A DNA stretch of 64,000 nucleotides, taken from positions 256,001-320,000 of the forward strand of contig JAWLHY010000007.1 of assembly GCA_041690135.1 (NCBI GenBank), written 5' to 3'. A program made the translations under genes and the position numbers. Source of the DNA: Armatimonadota bacterium. Lineage in GTDB: Bacteria; Armatimonadota; SYMT01. The notes below the pieces were generated by a model. It did not search any database. It was not told the origin of the DNA and saw nothing but the letters and a program-made list of their open reading frames with translations. Positions within the stretch are counted from its first letter, which is position 1; the number at the start of each line of letters is the position of its first letter. This document shows positions 10,231 to 20,123 of the stretch, in pieces.

Positions 10231-12951
10231 ATGCGTTCGCTGCTGACCCACATCGCCGATCTTCGCCACCACCCCGACCGCCGGGTCCGCCTGACCTGGT
10301 GGATCGTCATGGCGCTGGGTGTGGGGATGGTTATTTCGCCGGAAAGTGCCGGCGTTTTGGCGATTGTCGCCTGGTTGGTGCTCAATCTGGGGCTGTTGCT
10401 GACGGGCATGGTGTGGGGCCTCCTGCACCTCCGCGCCCTGCGGCCCGCGCTGCAGCCCGCGGTGGTCGGGAGTTCGGTGCTGGCGCTGGTCTCCATCCTC
10501 CTCCTCGGCAGCTCCTTCGTCGTGGCTGTGTCTGAGCAGATGCCGGAGGTGGTGACGCCCGCAACCCGCGCCATCGTAGGAGTGTTTCTCTTTCTCCTGC
10601 TGGGGGTGCTCTGGGGAGCCATCTACCTCTACGCCTTGCTCGCCGCCTCGTTGGGATTGCTCGCCGGGCGTTGGGTGAAGGACCCCCAGGCGTCGCGCTA
10701 TGGAGTGATTGCCGGGTGGTGGGTGCTCCTCGGCGGGGTGTTGCTGCAGGTAGTCGGCCAGGCGACCGGGACCGTGGATGCGCTGATGGCGGTTGCCGGG
10801 GGTGGGTTCCCGGCCCTCGTGGTTGGGCTCTCGCGGTACTTTTTGAGGCCCGGGGGATCCCCGGATGAGTTGGCGGACCGAACCGCCAGCAGCCTGGCGC
10901 GAGTGCTCATCCGCCGGTGGGGTCCACCGGGAAAGGAGCGTCGCCTCGATCTCCGGGGCGCGTCACTCGGCCTGCTCACCGGCACCATCGGATTGGTGTT
11001 GGCGCTGTCCCCGGTGCTGCTCCCGCTGCAGTCCCGAGTGCTGGTGGCGCTGCTGCAGATACGGAACGGAGTGCCTAACCTGCCGCTCCCGGGCGGAGAT
11101 AGCCCCGAAGGCACTCTCCGCGCGCGGCCGTTCCTGCCCCGGGTCGCGCTCCTGGAGTTCGATCTGGAAACCCGGCGAACCCTCGCAACCGGCAGTTCGG
11201 AGAGCGAGGTCCAGGCGAAGGTGATCCGTAAGCTGGCCAGCTACGGGGCGCGGATCGTCCTCCCACTCCCGCTCTTGGAGACCGAGGACCCGCGGGTGCC
11301 GGTTCTGTTCACAGAAGTGGCTGCCGGCGGCTTCCCCTCGCCCACGGGGGCCGACGTGGAGCGCACTCGCAACAACATCGACCAACTGGCGGAAGCCTGT
11401 CGCACGGCCGGCTCGGTGGTGCTGGCCGTCCCTTCGCCGCACGTGCGAGTGATGGATTCGGCGGGAGAGCTGGCTCTGAACCGGCTCCAGCAGTCCGTGG
11501 CCGCGGTCGGACGGGGGGACCTCTCTTCCTTTGGCGCTCCCGAGTTGCCGGCCCTTTCACTGGCTCCCGAGGAGTTTCCACTGGAATTGGCGCGTCACCC
11601 CCTGGCCCGGCCCGTGCCCCCGGTGCCCTTATTGTTGGCGGAAGGGTTGGATGAATCCGGGGCTCGCGCCATACGCGAGACGAACCTTACTCGCATCGTG
11701 CGGGACCGCGTGCTAATAGATGTGCGGACCACGCAGCCGGGCCGCGCATTCCCCCGGATCAGCTACGGCAGCATTCTGCGGGAAGAGCGGCTTTTCGCCT
11801 CAGGGGCGGACGCAAACGAGGCAGGTGGCCGCTGGGAAAGCCCCCAGGTGTTCTTCCGCGGACGGGTAGTCTTTCTCGACACCCTCGCACCGCGGGCCCG
11901 TGACACCGTGGCGGGCCGTATGTCTCAAAGCGAAGTTCTGGCGCATGCGCTGGCGACGCTGCAGGCCGGGCAGACGGTGCGCCGCGCTCCGGGGTGGCTC
12001 GGTTCCCTGTTGATCCTCGCGGGAGCCGTCCTGGCCGGATCGGTATGCACCGGCCGCAGCCCACTCCAGGCCAGCCGGAATGCCGCCGGGCTGTGTCTCC
12101 TCACGTTCGCCGCCTGCGGCCTGTTGTTCATCCTCACTGCCGGGGGGTTGGCCTCCCTGCGGGCTGGGATGGGGGGTAGCCCGGTGTGGCTGGACCCGGT
12201 GGTTCCCTGCCTGGCGATCCTGGCGACAACCCTGCTTTCGGCGAACCTGACCCTCTCGGTCGAGCGCGCCCGCCGCGAGCAAAACCGGTCGCTGCTGCAG
12301 CGCTTCGTCGAGCCGCGAATCGTCGAGGAACTGCTCCGCGAGATGGAGCACCCCGGCTCCGAAGTGGGATTGGGCGGCACGCGCCAGCAGGTCTGCGTCC
12401 TCTTCGCCGACGTCCGCGGCTTCACCCGCTTCGCGGAGAGTGAGCCGCCGGAAGTCGTCATCGAGGTGACCAACCGTTACCTTACCGCCCTCACCGAGCC
12501 CCTCCGCCGGCACGGGGGCCTCCTCGACAAGTACCTGGGCGACGGCCTGATGGCGCTCTTCCGCGTGACCGACCCCACCGCCGATCTCCCCCGCGCCGTC
12601 CACGCCGCCCTCGCCATGCGCGACGCGGCTCTCGCCGTCTCCGACGAACAGGCCGCCCAGGGGAAACCGGTTCTGACCCTCGGCTTCGGTCTCCACTACG
12701 GCGAGGCGGTCGTGGGCCTGGTGGGCAACCCGGATCAGTTCAACTACACCGCCCTCGGCCACACCGTGGTGGTCGCCCAGCGCCTCCAGACCCTCGCCGC
12801 CGGTGGGGAGGTGATCCTCAGCGAGACGGTCTATCCCCATGTCGCCGCGGAGATTCCCGCCGACCCCGGCGAACCCGTGGCCGTCAAGGGACTTTCGCAG
12901 CCGGTCCGGTTCTACCGAGTGGTCCTCACCACTGAGACACTGAGGCACTGA
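10231..12951 (+). CDS. Membrane class III adenylate/guanylate cyclase with probable CHASE2-like sensor region
   Basis: VLFADVRGFT, DKYLGDGLMA, GLHYGEAVVG, YTALG..V..AQRLQ. Multiple TM helices. Confidence 0.88.
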   Translation: MRSLLTHIADLRHHPDRRVRLTWWIVMALGVGMVISPESAGVLAIVAWLVLNLGLLLTGMVWGLLHLRALRPALQPAVVGSSVLALVSILLLGSSFVVAVSEQMPEVVTPATRAIVGVFLFLLLGVLWGAIYLYALLAASLGLLAGRWVKDPQASRYGVIAGWWVLLGGVLLQVVGQATGTVDALMAVAGGGFPALVVGLSRYFLRPGGSPDELADRTASSLARVLIRRWGPPGKERRLDLRGASLGLLTGTIGLVLALSPVLLPLQSRVLVALLQIRNGVPNLPLPGGDSPEGTLRARPFLPRVALLEFDLETRRTLATGSSESEVQAKVIRKLASYGARIVLPLPLLETEDPRVPVLFTEVAAGGFPSPTGADVERTRNNIDQLAEACRTAGSVVLAVPSPHVRVMDSAGELALNRLQQSVAAVGRGDLSSFGAPELPALSLAPEEFPLELARHPLARPVPPVPLLLAEGLDESGARAIRETNLTRIVRDRVLIDVRTTQPGRAFPRISYGSILREERLFASGADANEAGGRWESPQVFFRGRVVFLDTLAPRARDTVAGRMSQSEVLAHALATLQAGQTVRRAPGWLGSLLILAGAVLAGSVCTGRSPLQASRNAAGLCLLTFAACGLLFILTAGGLASLRAGMGGSPVWLDPVVPCLAILATTLLSANLTLSVERARREQNRSLLQRFVEPRIVEELLREMEHPGSEVGLGGTRQQVCVLFADVRGFTRFAESEPPEVVIEVTNRYLTALTEPLRRHGGLLDKYLGDGLMALFRVTDPTADLPRAVHAALAMRDAALAVSDEQAAQGKPVLTLGFGLHYGEAVVGLVGNPDQFNYTALGHTVVVAQRLQTLAAGGEVILSETVYPHVAAEIPADPGEPVAVKGLSQPVRFYRVVLTTETLRH

Positions 12952-13600
12952 GGGCACACGGAGAAGAAAGGGTCGAGGAAGGTAGCATAGGCCGGGTGCC
13001 GGGTGCCCAGAATGGATGTGGGCGATGGCCGTTGGTGACGGTACCTGCGTACAGTACAACTCGTTCACGCCACTGATCGCGAACCGGTTCCAAAGGTAGC
13101 ACAGGCCCTCGTGCCGTTGGTCACGTTACGAGCCTTTAGGGCAACTCGTACTCCCCTCTGGTCACGGCCCGCACCCGCAATGACTACGGCAATAGGAATA
13201 CTGGTTACCCACCTCGGTATTGCCTCTTGGTAGCGGGCCATTTATCTACCTGCCTGGCATTCGAACGGCCTTGCGACCACGCCCGTCTTCGCGATTTCGT
13301 CCTTTCGCGATTTCGTGTTGGCCCGCGCAGCGCCCGCACCCGTTCCGTATTGCCACTAACGTTGAGCTGACCGAACCCAACTCACGCCCCAAATCTTCAC
13401 GCCTCACGTAACGCAAGGGCCCGAGGCAGCACGCTTGCCCCACGCAGCAACTCCCGCACGTTCCTTACGCATTACGCATCACGCATTTCCCGTTGCCAAA
13501 CAGGACATCATCTAGGGTGGCTCATCTTCCTTTGTGGCTCCCTTCTTTCCGCGTCTTTCAGCGTGTTCCGCGGGCAACTCGCCCATCCGCGGGCAGAATT

Positions 13601-14764
13601 CTACTTCCGCGCGGGTGACACATAAGCATCGGCGCCGATGCCGCGGAGACGAGGATCCTGGCTGGTGACCTTCGCCTCTGGCGAGTCCGACCGGTCGAGG
13701 CGCGGGTCTATCTGAAGGCCGCCCTGTTCCGGCGTCGGGAGCTGCGGCCGGGTGGGGCCGTCGGTGCGGAACCAGGCGTTCCGGCGGAAGGTGAAGGTCT
13801 CCGGAGCGGTACCGCCGCCCACGTTCACGTGAGCGCCCACGCGCCGGTCGAAGACCACCAGGTTCTCCTCGAACACCCCGCCCCGGCACGGTTTGAAGCC
13901 GGGCGCCTGCTGCTCCTGGAGGATGCGTACGATCCAGCGCTCCGGGAAGAGCATGGTGTTGCGGTAGACCCGGCCGCCGTCCGCGGAAACGAACGCCACC
14001 GGGCAGGGGCTGCCGAAGAACCGGTTCCCCGCCACCGTAATCCGGGTCGCCTCGGCGGTAGCCCCCTGCGGCCGGAAGAACTGGAGGCCGGTGCTGCCGC
14101 CCAGGTTGATCGCCCGCTGGCCGGCCCGGTGGAACAGGCTCGTCTGGACCAGGATATCGCTGCTGCCGCCCTTCATCTGCACCGCATTATCCTGGCTGAA
14201 GCCCTCTTTTCCGGTGAAGCGGCATTCCTCAATGACCCCGCGGTGGCAGCCGACCATATCGATGGCGGAGCCGCCCCATCCTTCGAAGCGACAGCGCCGG
14301 ACCACGAAGTCGTCCAGCCCCGATAGCTTCAAGCCGTCGCAGTTGCCCCGGGGGCCGATGTCCGTGATCGTGACGTCCTCCACCACGATGTGGTGCCCCG
14401 GCGTATCGGCATTCCCGCCGTGGTCGATGTTAATGCCGTTTCCCCGGGCGCCGCGGACTGAGATTCCCCGCACCGTTACGTAGGCGCAGCCGGACACCAT
14501 CAACCCCAGGCTCCCCCCACTGAACACCGGCGGCCGTCGGGGGTCGCTCCCCCGGATCACGATCGGCGCCGCGGCGGTGCCGTTCACCCCGCGCAGGTAG
14601 AACCCGCCCGGGTACTCCCCCGGCGCGATGCTCACGGTATCTCCCGGCCGAACCGCGGCCAACGCCGCCCGCAGTTCCGCCGTGTTACGCGCCGTCCGCT
14701 CCGCCGCGGATGCGGGCAGCGTTAGGCAGAGCGTCAGCAAGAAGAGACAGAGGCGACTTTGCAT
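13601..14764 (-). CDS. Secreted right-handed parallel beta-helix protein
   Basis: Signal peptide, PGDTV.IAPGEY, repeated beta-helix turns (DGLKLSG, SAIDMVGC). RBS AGGAG. Confidence 0.8.
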   Translation of the reverse strand: MQSRLCLFLLTLCLTLPASAAERTARNTAELRAALAAVRPGDTVSIAPGEYPGGFYLRGVNGTAAAPIVIRGSDPRRPPVFSGGSLGLMVSGCAYVTVRGISVRGARGNGINIDHGGNADTPGHHIVVEDVTITDIGPRGNCDGLKLSGLDDFVVRRCRFEGWGGSAIDMVGCHRGVIEECRFTGKEGFSQDNAVQMKGGSSDILVQTSLFHRAGQRAINLGGSTGLQFFRPQGATAEATRITVAGNRFFGSPCPVAFVSADGGRVYRNTMLFPERWIVRILQEQQAPGFKPCRGGVFEENLVVFDRRVGAHVNVGGGTAPETFTFRRNAWFRTDGPTRPQLPTPEQGGLQIDPRLDRSDSPEAKVTSQDPRLRGIGADAYVSPARK

Positions 14765-14873
14765 CGGGTTCTCCTGGTGGTTGGTGCGGGTCACCACCTT
14801 TTTACGCCGGCTGGCGGGTTTCTCCTTCGGCCGCTGGCGGGGATTACGCTACGGAGTAATGAGGAGGTGTCGG

Positions 14874-15104
14874 ATGGCCGAGAGGAAACCAGGCGTGGAC
14901 CCCGAGCGGGACTGGAAGGAGTGGCCCGGTCCCGAAGGTCAGATCCCGAAGGAGACCCACGGGCCGGTCGCCACAATCCCGGAGGACGAAGAGATCGATT
15001 ACGGCGCGCCGGACAACCGGGGCACCCTGGAGCGCATCTGCGATGCGGTCCTCGGCGGGGAAGACACCGATCGCGCCGACCAGAACCAGGGCAAATCCGT
15101 GTAG
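14874..15104 (+). CDS. Small acidic hypothetical protein (76 aa)
   Basis: Strong RBS GAGGAGGT before ATG at 14874. Host-like codon usage. Fills the gap between two minus-strand genes. Confidence 0.65.
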   Translation: MAERKPGVDPERDWKEWPGPEGQIPKETHGPVATIPEDEEIDYGAPDNRGTLERICDAVLGGEDTDRADQNQGKSV

Positions 15105-15112
15105 TTTAGGGT

Positions 15113-18100
15113 TCACTTCGGCATTTGGCGGATCCACTCCCGGAACAGCCGGACCGCCTCCTCATCCACCCGCGCGGTCGCCAGGGGCGGCATGTGTCCC
15201 TTGTCGCGGTGGGAGAGGCGGTGGAGCAGCACGGACCGCTCCGGGTGGCCGGGGGCGATCAGCCGCGCTTCCGGCAGGCCGAAGGTGTCGTGCACCGGCT
15301 TCACGTCGAACAGCTTCATCCGCGGCTTTTCCGTGGTGAACTCCAGCTCCATCTGCGCGTTGCCGCCGCCCGCCTCCACGTGGCACTGCGAGCAGTTGCT
15401 GTGGATGTAGGAGCGGGCGCGGAGGTCCAGCGGCTCCTTCGGTGCGTAGGGGTCCACCAGCTTCGGGTAGCGCTCCGGCGCCAGCGCGAGCAGGTTCCCG
15501 GCGGCGGGGGACCGCTGGCCCCGGCTGGAGCCGTGCTTCTGCACGTACTCGTTCACCTTGGCCTCGTCCAGGCCCCGCTTCCGGAGCCGCGCGCGGAGGT
15601 CGTTCTGGGCGTCGCCGGCGTAGTTGTGGCGCAGCAGGCCCAGGTGCTCCAGCACCCGGAGCTGGTTGTCCCGCACCCGTCCGTAGTCGTGCTCGCGGTT
15701 CATCTGCAGGGTGCTCGGGCCCAGCACGTAGTTGGCGGCCCTGCTGTGGCAGACCATACACTCCGCCCGGCTCGGGTAGCGCCACAACTGCTTGCGGGTG
15801 CCGTCCGGGTTCTGCGCGGACCGCTTCACGCGGATGGAGTACTCCTGGTCCGCGCCCTTTCCGTCGACCAGCACGGCGTCGGTCTGCTCCTCGTTCCAGC
15901 GGTAGGAGTAGCCGACCCACTCGCCTTCCTGCTTCGTCAGGAACCGGGTCTCGATCCACCGCCGGGAGCGCGGGTTCCCCTCCTCCATCTCCAGGGCGAA
16001 CGATTTTACCAGCACCGTCCGGTCGGGGAAGTTCCAGCCGCGGTTTGGGGTCATATCGATCTTTGTGTCCGCGTCCGGTAGCGCGATGAACCGCTCCTTG
16101 TGCGCGCCGTCGGACCAGAGGGGGGCGTTTACGCTGTAGGGGATGAGACCGGGGTGAACGATGTGCTCCCGCACCGACCGGAACAGGCCGCTCTCGCTGA
16201 GCCTCCGCGGGAACTGGGAGGGGGGCAGGTCTTTCGGGGTGGGCTCCAGGGTAAAGAAGCCGCCTTCGCCGCCGCCGCGGTAGTCCGTGATCACGATCTC
16301 GCCGTTCCGATCCGTGCCGAAACCGGTGATCTGCAGGGACGTGTCGGCGATCTCCTTGTGCCAGAGGATCTTCTTGCCATCGTGGCGCACGGCCCAGATT
16401 TTGCCCGTGGAGTAGTCCCCGTAGACGTAGGCGCCCTGGAGTTCCGGGTGCTTCTCGCCGTAGTAAACGATGCCGCCCGTCAACGAACGCGCTTCGGAGT
16501 GAGGGTGCTCCACGGTCGGCTTCGAGACCGGCACGGGCGCGAGCTTTCGCGTGGGATAGAACGGATGGCCGCCTTCGTATACGCTCCAGCCGTAGTTCGC
16601 GCCACGTTCGATGAGGTAAGCCTGCTCCCACAGGTCCTGGCCGTTGTTACCCACCCAGATGTGTCCCGTCTTGCGGTCGATCGTCATCCGCCAGGGGTTG
16701 CGGAAACCGAGGCACCAGGTCTCGGGAGCCCAGGCGGCTTTCCCGACGAAGGGGTTGTCTTTCGGCACGGAGTAGTGGCGGCCGGGGTCCGGGCGATCCA
16801 CGTCGATGCGGAGCACCTTGGCCGTGAGCCGGGACGTGTCCTGGCCCACCACGTGCGTATCGGAGTCGGAAGTGCCGTCCCCGGTGGTGATGTAGAACAT
16901 CCCGTCGTGGCCGAACACCATCCCGCCGCCGTCATGCCCGTCCGAGAGCCACTCGATGATCGGGACCTCGCTTTTCGGGTCGAGTTGGTAAGGCGCCGTG
17001 CGGGAGAGGGTGTAGCGGGAGATCCGCATCTTCTTCTCCTCCGGTTTCACGGAGTGCGGACCCTTCCCACAAAGATAGATCCAGCCGTTCTTCGCGAACT
17101 GCGGGTGGAAGGCGAGGTCATAGACCGTCCGGTCCACGGTGAGGAGCGTCTCGAATTGGCTGGTGTCGGCGTCGTCGCGGAAGCGGACCAGCTTCGAGGT
17201 GGGCCCCGGCCATTCCTGCGTGATGCCCAGGAGACGGTCGCTGCCGGGCTCGTGGACGGCAATCACAGGCGCGGCCGGCAGCTTCAGCTTCGGGTAGACC
17301 CGCTGGGCACGGTAGGGGAGGGGCGGGTCCGGCGAACCGACCACGCGCGAGGAAGTTATGGGGAGGAAGCGCTCGATCCCGTAGGGCCGGGCGGTGCGGT
17401 GGTCCGGTCCAACGAAAGCGAGCGACACGTACTCCTCGTAGCGGTGGAAATCCGCGCGAGAGAGGGGGGCGATCGTGGAGAGTTCGGGTTTCGGGGTCCT
17501 GGCATCGTAGTCGTACCGGTGAAGCGCGAACTTCCAGCGTTCACCGGCGGCAGGGCGGCCGCCCGTGCGCAGGAAGTCGACCCATGGGATCCGGCCCTCC
17601 ACGGTCCAGCCGCGGTCGCGATCAGTCCGCTGGTTCAGGGTGCCGCGCAACTGCAAGCGGGAGTCGATGTGGAATTCTCCGTCGCGGAAGTAGCGCTCTT
17701 TCCCCGGCTCGCGGCGCGGGAAGAAAATATCGAGGACCGCCCCCGCGGCGTTGAACTCGAATTCGTAATAGCCGGGCCGGTCCTCCGCGGGCTTGAAGAA
17801 CAACTCGAACACGTCGTTGTTCCAGGCGGCCCCGTCGTGCTCGGTCACGTCGGCGAACAGGTCCCGGTCGTCCATCTCCGCCAGGAAGTAAAGGTGCTCG
17901 CGGTCCCACAACAGCCGGGCGCGGGTCTTCGCCTGCGCGGGTCGGGCCTCGTTCCCCAGCCATGGCAGTGCGAAGCGGTCGATCACCTGCGCGTGCTTCC
18001 AGGCTCCGTCTTTCCCTTTGCCGTCGATCTCGATCGGCGTATCGGCCCACCGGCACTCGAAGCCTTCCGTGGCGGCGGGACTGGGGTTCCCCGGGGCGGC

Positions 18101-18253
18101 GGCGGCCGGCAACCCGGAGCGCGACCCTCCCAGTACTCCCGTCACCACCGGCAAAAGCAGCGCGAGAGAAAGCAGCGCCGGGATCCAGCCACGGGCGGGT
18201 AGAACAGACCGGGTAAGTGTGGTAGGCGCGTGCGCGGAACGATTGATGGCCAT
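15113..18253 (-). CDS. CBM9/DOMON-like domain + PQQ-dependent glucose/sorbosone dehydrogenase propeller + c-type cytochrome region
   Basis: IDG...W / WD..LYF / D.FELF carbohydrate-binding pattern. H.GG...FG.DG..YI.TGDG, P.DNPF, GFRNPWR. Heme motifs CMVCH and CSQCH. Confidence 0.8.
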   Translation of the reverse strand: MAINRSAHAPTTLTRSVLPARGWIPALLSLALLLPVVTGVLGGSRSGLPAAAAPGNPSPAATEGFECRWADTPIEIDGKGKDGAWKHAQVIDRFALPWLGNEARPAQAKTRARLLWDREHLYFLAEMDDRDLFADVTEHDGAAWNNDVFELFFKPAEDRPGYYEFEFNAAGAVLDIFFPRREPGKERYFRDGEFHIDSRLQLRGTLNQRTDRDRGWTVEGRIPWVDFLRTGGRPAAGERWKFALHRYDYDARTPKPELSTIAPLSRADFHRYEEYVSLAFVGPDHRTARPYGIERFLPITSSRVVGSPDPPLPYRAQRVYPKLKLPAAPVIAVHEPGSDRLLGITQEWPGPTSKLVRFRDDADTSQFETLLTVDRTVYDLAFHPQFAKNGWIYLCGKGPHSVKPEEKKMRISRYTLSRTAPYQLDPKSEVPIIEWLSDGHDGGGMVFGHDGMFYITTGDGTSDSDTHVVGQDTSRLTAKVLRIDVDRPDPGRHYSVPKDNPFVGKAAWAPETWCLGFRNPWRMTIDRKTGHIWVGNNGQDLWEQAYLIERGANYGWSVYEGGHPFYPTRKLAPVPVSKPTVEHPHSEARSLTGGIVYYGEKHPELQGAYVYGDYSTGKIWAVRHDGKKILWHKEIADTSLQITGFGTDRNGEIVITDYRGGGEGGFFTLEPTPKDLPPSQFPRRLSESGLFRSVREHIVHPGLIPYSVNAPLWSDGAHKERFIALPDADTKIDMTPNRGWNFPDRTVLVKSFALEMEEGNPRSRRWIETRFLTKQEGEWVGYSYRWNEEQTDAVLVDGKGADQEYSIRVKRSAQNPDGTRKQLWRYPSRAECMVCHSRAANYVLGPSTLQMNREHDYGRVRDNQLRVLEHLGLLRHNYAGDAQNDLRARLRKRGLDEAKVNEYVQKHGSSRGQRSPAAGNLLALAPERYPKLVDPYAPKEPLDLRARSYIHSNCSQCHVEAGGGNAQMELEFTTEKPRMKLFDVKPVHDTFGLPEARLIAPGHPERSVLLHRLSHRDKGHMPPLATARVDEEAVRLFREWIRQMPK

Positions 18254-18484
18254 GCGCGTTGTAGACCCTGTCCCAGAGCGAGCGCCCCAGTGTAGGAGCG
18301 TTCGGGGGTGTGAAACGTGTGAGTGCCTTGAGCGAAGCGGAGGAGATTCTCACACCGTTAGTAAATCCGGATCGATGAACCGCAAATCCTTCCCCGGCTC
18401 TCCACCCGCGTCCATGCGGCGACAGAACCTCGGGACGGTGCGTGGCTGTCCCGCCAGAAGGTGAACTCCCTCGTGCGCGCTAGT

Positions 18485-18525
18485 TGTGCCCGCACAGGCT
18501 TGCGCCCCGAGGCGGTGCGGGCACA
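18485..18525 (+). repeat. REP-like hairpin carrying a 19-nt micro-insert (variant)
   Basis: tgtgcccgc acag [gcttgcgccccgaggcggt] gcgggcaca. Confidence 0.7.
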
Positions 18526-18590
18526 GTGTTGTTTGGGAACCCCAAGGTTCAGCTCGGGAACCCATTTCGGGAAAGGAGACACCACGAGCG

Positions 18591-19781
18591 ATGTCAACCT
18601 CTCGGTGCGGCGTGACCCTCAAGTTCAACAAGAAGGAACTGGGAGTCGGGGAAGACGGGGAGAAGGACCTCCGGGAGGGCCTCTCGGCGGCCACCACGAC
18701 CGGACAGTTCCTCTGGCTGGCGAATGATGAATCCCTGCGTCTGGAGCGCCTGGGGCGCCAGGATGACGGCGACTTCGGCGAACACCGGACCTTCGACCTT
18801 GCAGATTACCTCGACCTGCCGGCGCCGCCACCCGGAGCCACGGATGGGGGCAAGAAAGGGGATGGGGGCAAAACGGAAGAGAAACACGAGTTCGCGGAGG
18901 CGGACCTGGAAGGCCTGGAGTACGAGGGAGGGTATCTCTGGCTGGTCGGCTCACACAGCCTGAAGCGCAAGAAACCGAAAGAAGGCAAGAGCGTGGAGAA
19001 GAACCTGGAGCGGCTGGCGACGGTGACCGCCGACGGCAATCGCTACCTCCTGGCGCGGATCCCCCTGGTCGTTCGCGACGGCGCGCCCGAGCCGGCCGCC
19101 GAGAGCCTCCACCCCGAGACGGGCGCCCCGCTGACCGCGCAGCGCCTGGAGGGGGACACGGAGGGCAACCTGCTGATTGAGGCGCTCTGCAAGGACCCGC
19201 ACCTGGGGCGCTACCTGGTGGCCCTCCCGGTTGCGAGCGAGCCGGAAGAGGAGTCCCCGGGCATTCCCGGTAAGGACAACGGCTTCGACATCGAAGGGCT
19301 GGCCGTGCGGAAGGACCGGGTTTTCCTCGGCTTGCGGGGTCCCGTACTGCGGGGCTGGGCGATCGTGCTGGAGTTGCAGGTTGAGGACGCGGGTCCCACG
19401 CGGCTGAAGCTGAAGCCGTTCGAGGATGGGACCCTGATCAGACGGCATTTCCTGGACCTGGGCGGGTTGGGCATCCGCGACTTGCTCCTCGACGGCGAGG
19501 ACATGCTGGTCCTGGCCGGACCGACCATGGACCTCGACGGCCCGGTCTGGATCTGGCGCTGGCGGGAAGCCACGCAGCAAACCGGTGATACGCTCACGTG
19601 GCGGAAGGACTTGAGCCCGGTGTGGCGGATCCCCAATGGGGACGGCACCGACCACGCCGAAGGCGTCGCCCTGGTGACGAACGACGATGGCAGCCGGCAA
19701 CTGCTGGTGACCTACGATTCGCCCGAGCCCGCCCGTCTGGGGAAAGAGGGCGAATACCACGCGGACCTCTTCGAACTCTAA
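18591..19781 (+). CDS. DUF3616-family protein
   Basis: LWL.NDE, DLEGL, WLVGSHSLKR, KDNGFDIEGLA, GLRGPVLRGWA, LAGPTMDLDG. RBS AAGGAG. Confidence 0.8.
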   Translation: MSTSRCGVTLKFNKKELGVGEDGEKDLREGLSAATTTGQFLWLANDESLRLERLGRQDDGDFGEHRTFDLADYLDLPAPPPGATDGGKKGDGGKTEEKHEFAEADLEGLEYEGGYLWLVGSHSLKRKKPKEGKSVEKNLERLATVTADGNRYLLARIPLVVRDGAPEPAAESLHPETGAPLTAQRLEGDTEGNLLIEALCKDPHLGRYLVALPVASEPEEESPGIPGKDNGFDIEGLAVRKDRVFLGLRGPVLRGWAIVLELQVEDAGPTRLKLKPFEDGTLIRRHFLDLGGLGIRDLLLDGEDMLVLAGPTMDLDGPVWIWRWREATQQTGDTLTWRKDLSPVWRIPNGDGTDHAEGVALVTNDDGSRQLLVTYDSPEPARLGKEGEYHADLFEL

Positions 19782-19989
19782 CCAGCGGACGATCCCTTTC
19801 CCACGGCAATCAGGCGATAATCTGCTGGCGGTACGGGTATGAGTTAGTAGACCATTGGGCACGCGTGGGCTGTGCGCCACCCCTTCAAAAGACCGGATCG
19901 ACCAGCCAATTTTTGTGGCGCGAAGTTGCCACCATGGTTGTGCGCGTTATCCTCTTTGAGGAAGCGAACGCCTTTCCCGGTATCTCAAG

Positions 19990-20060
19990 AGCCTGCGAAG
20001 GTTTACGCCCCGAGGGGGTGCAGGCTTTGCTGTTTGTAGGCACGAGTTTACTCGCCCAGC
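19990..20060 (+). repeat. REP-like element with 19-nt micro-insert
   Basis: agcctgc gaag [gtttacgccccgagggggt] gcaggct, followed by a second weak hairpin. Confidence 0.75.
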
Positions 20061-20123
20061 CGTGTGCCAACGCCCTGAACTCACGGAGACTTTCCATTGC
20101 TCGTCCGACCATTCCATAGTCAT

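Noticed and set aside
16100-18202. Long antisense ORFs (also 1796-3208, 24628-26478, 33534-35057, 35024-36901, 42382-44013, 56816-58567, 61510-63492)
   Set aside because: These are shadow frames of real genes, expected from high GC3, and show no recognisable motifs.
18307-18356. Third micro-insert type (gagtgccttgagcgaagcggagg) inside a ggtgtga...tcacacc hairpin
   Set aside because: Single copy in the window with unclear boundaries, so it cannot be supported beyond resemblance.
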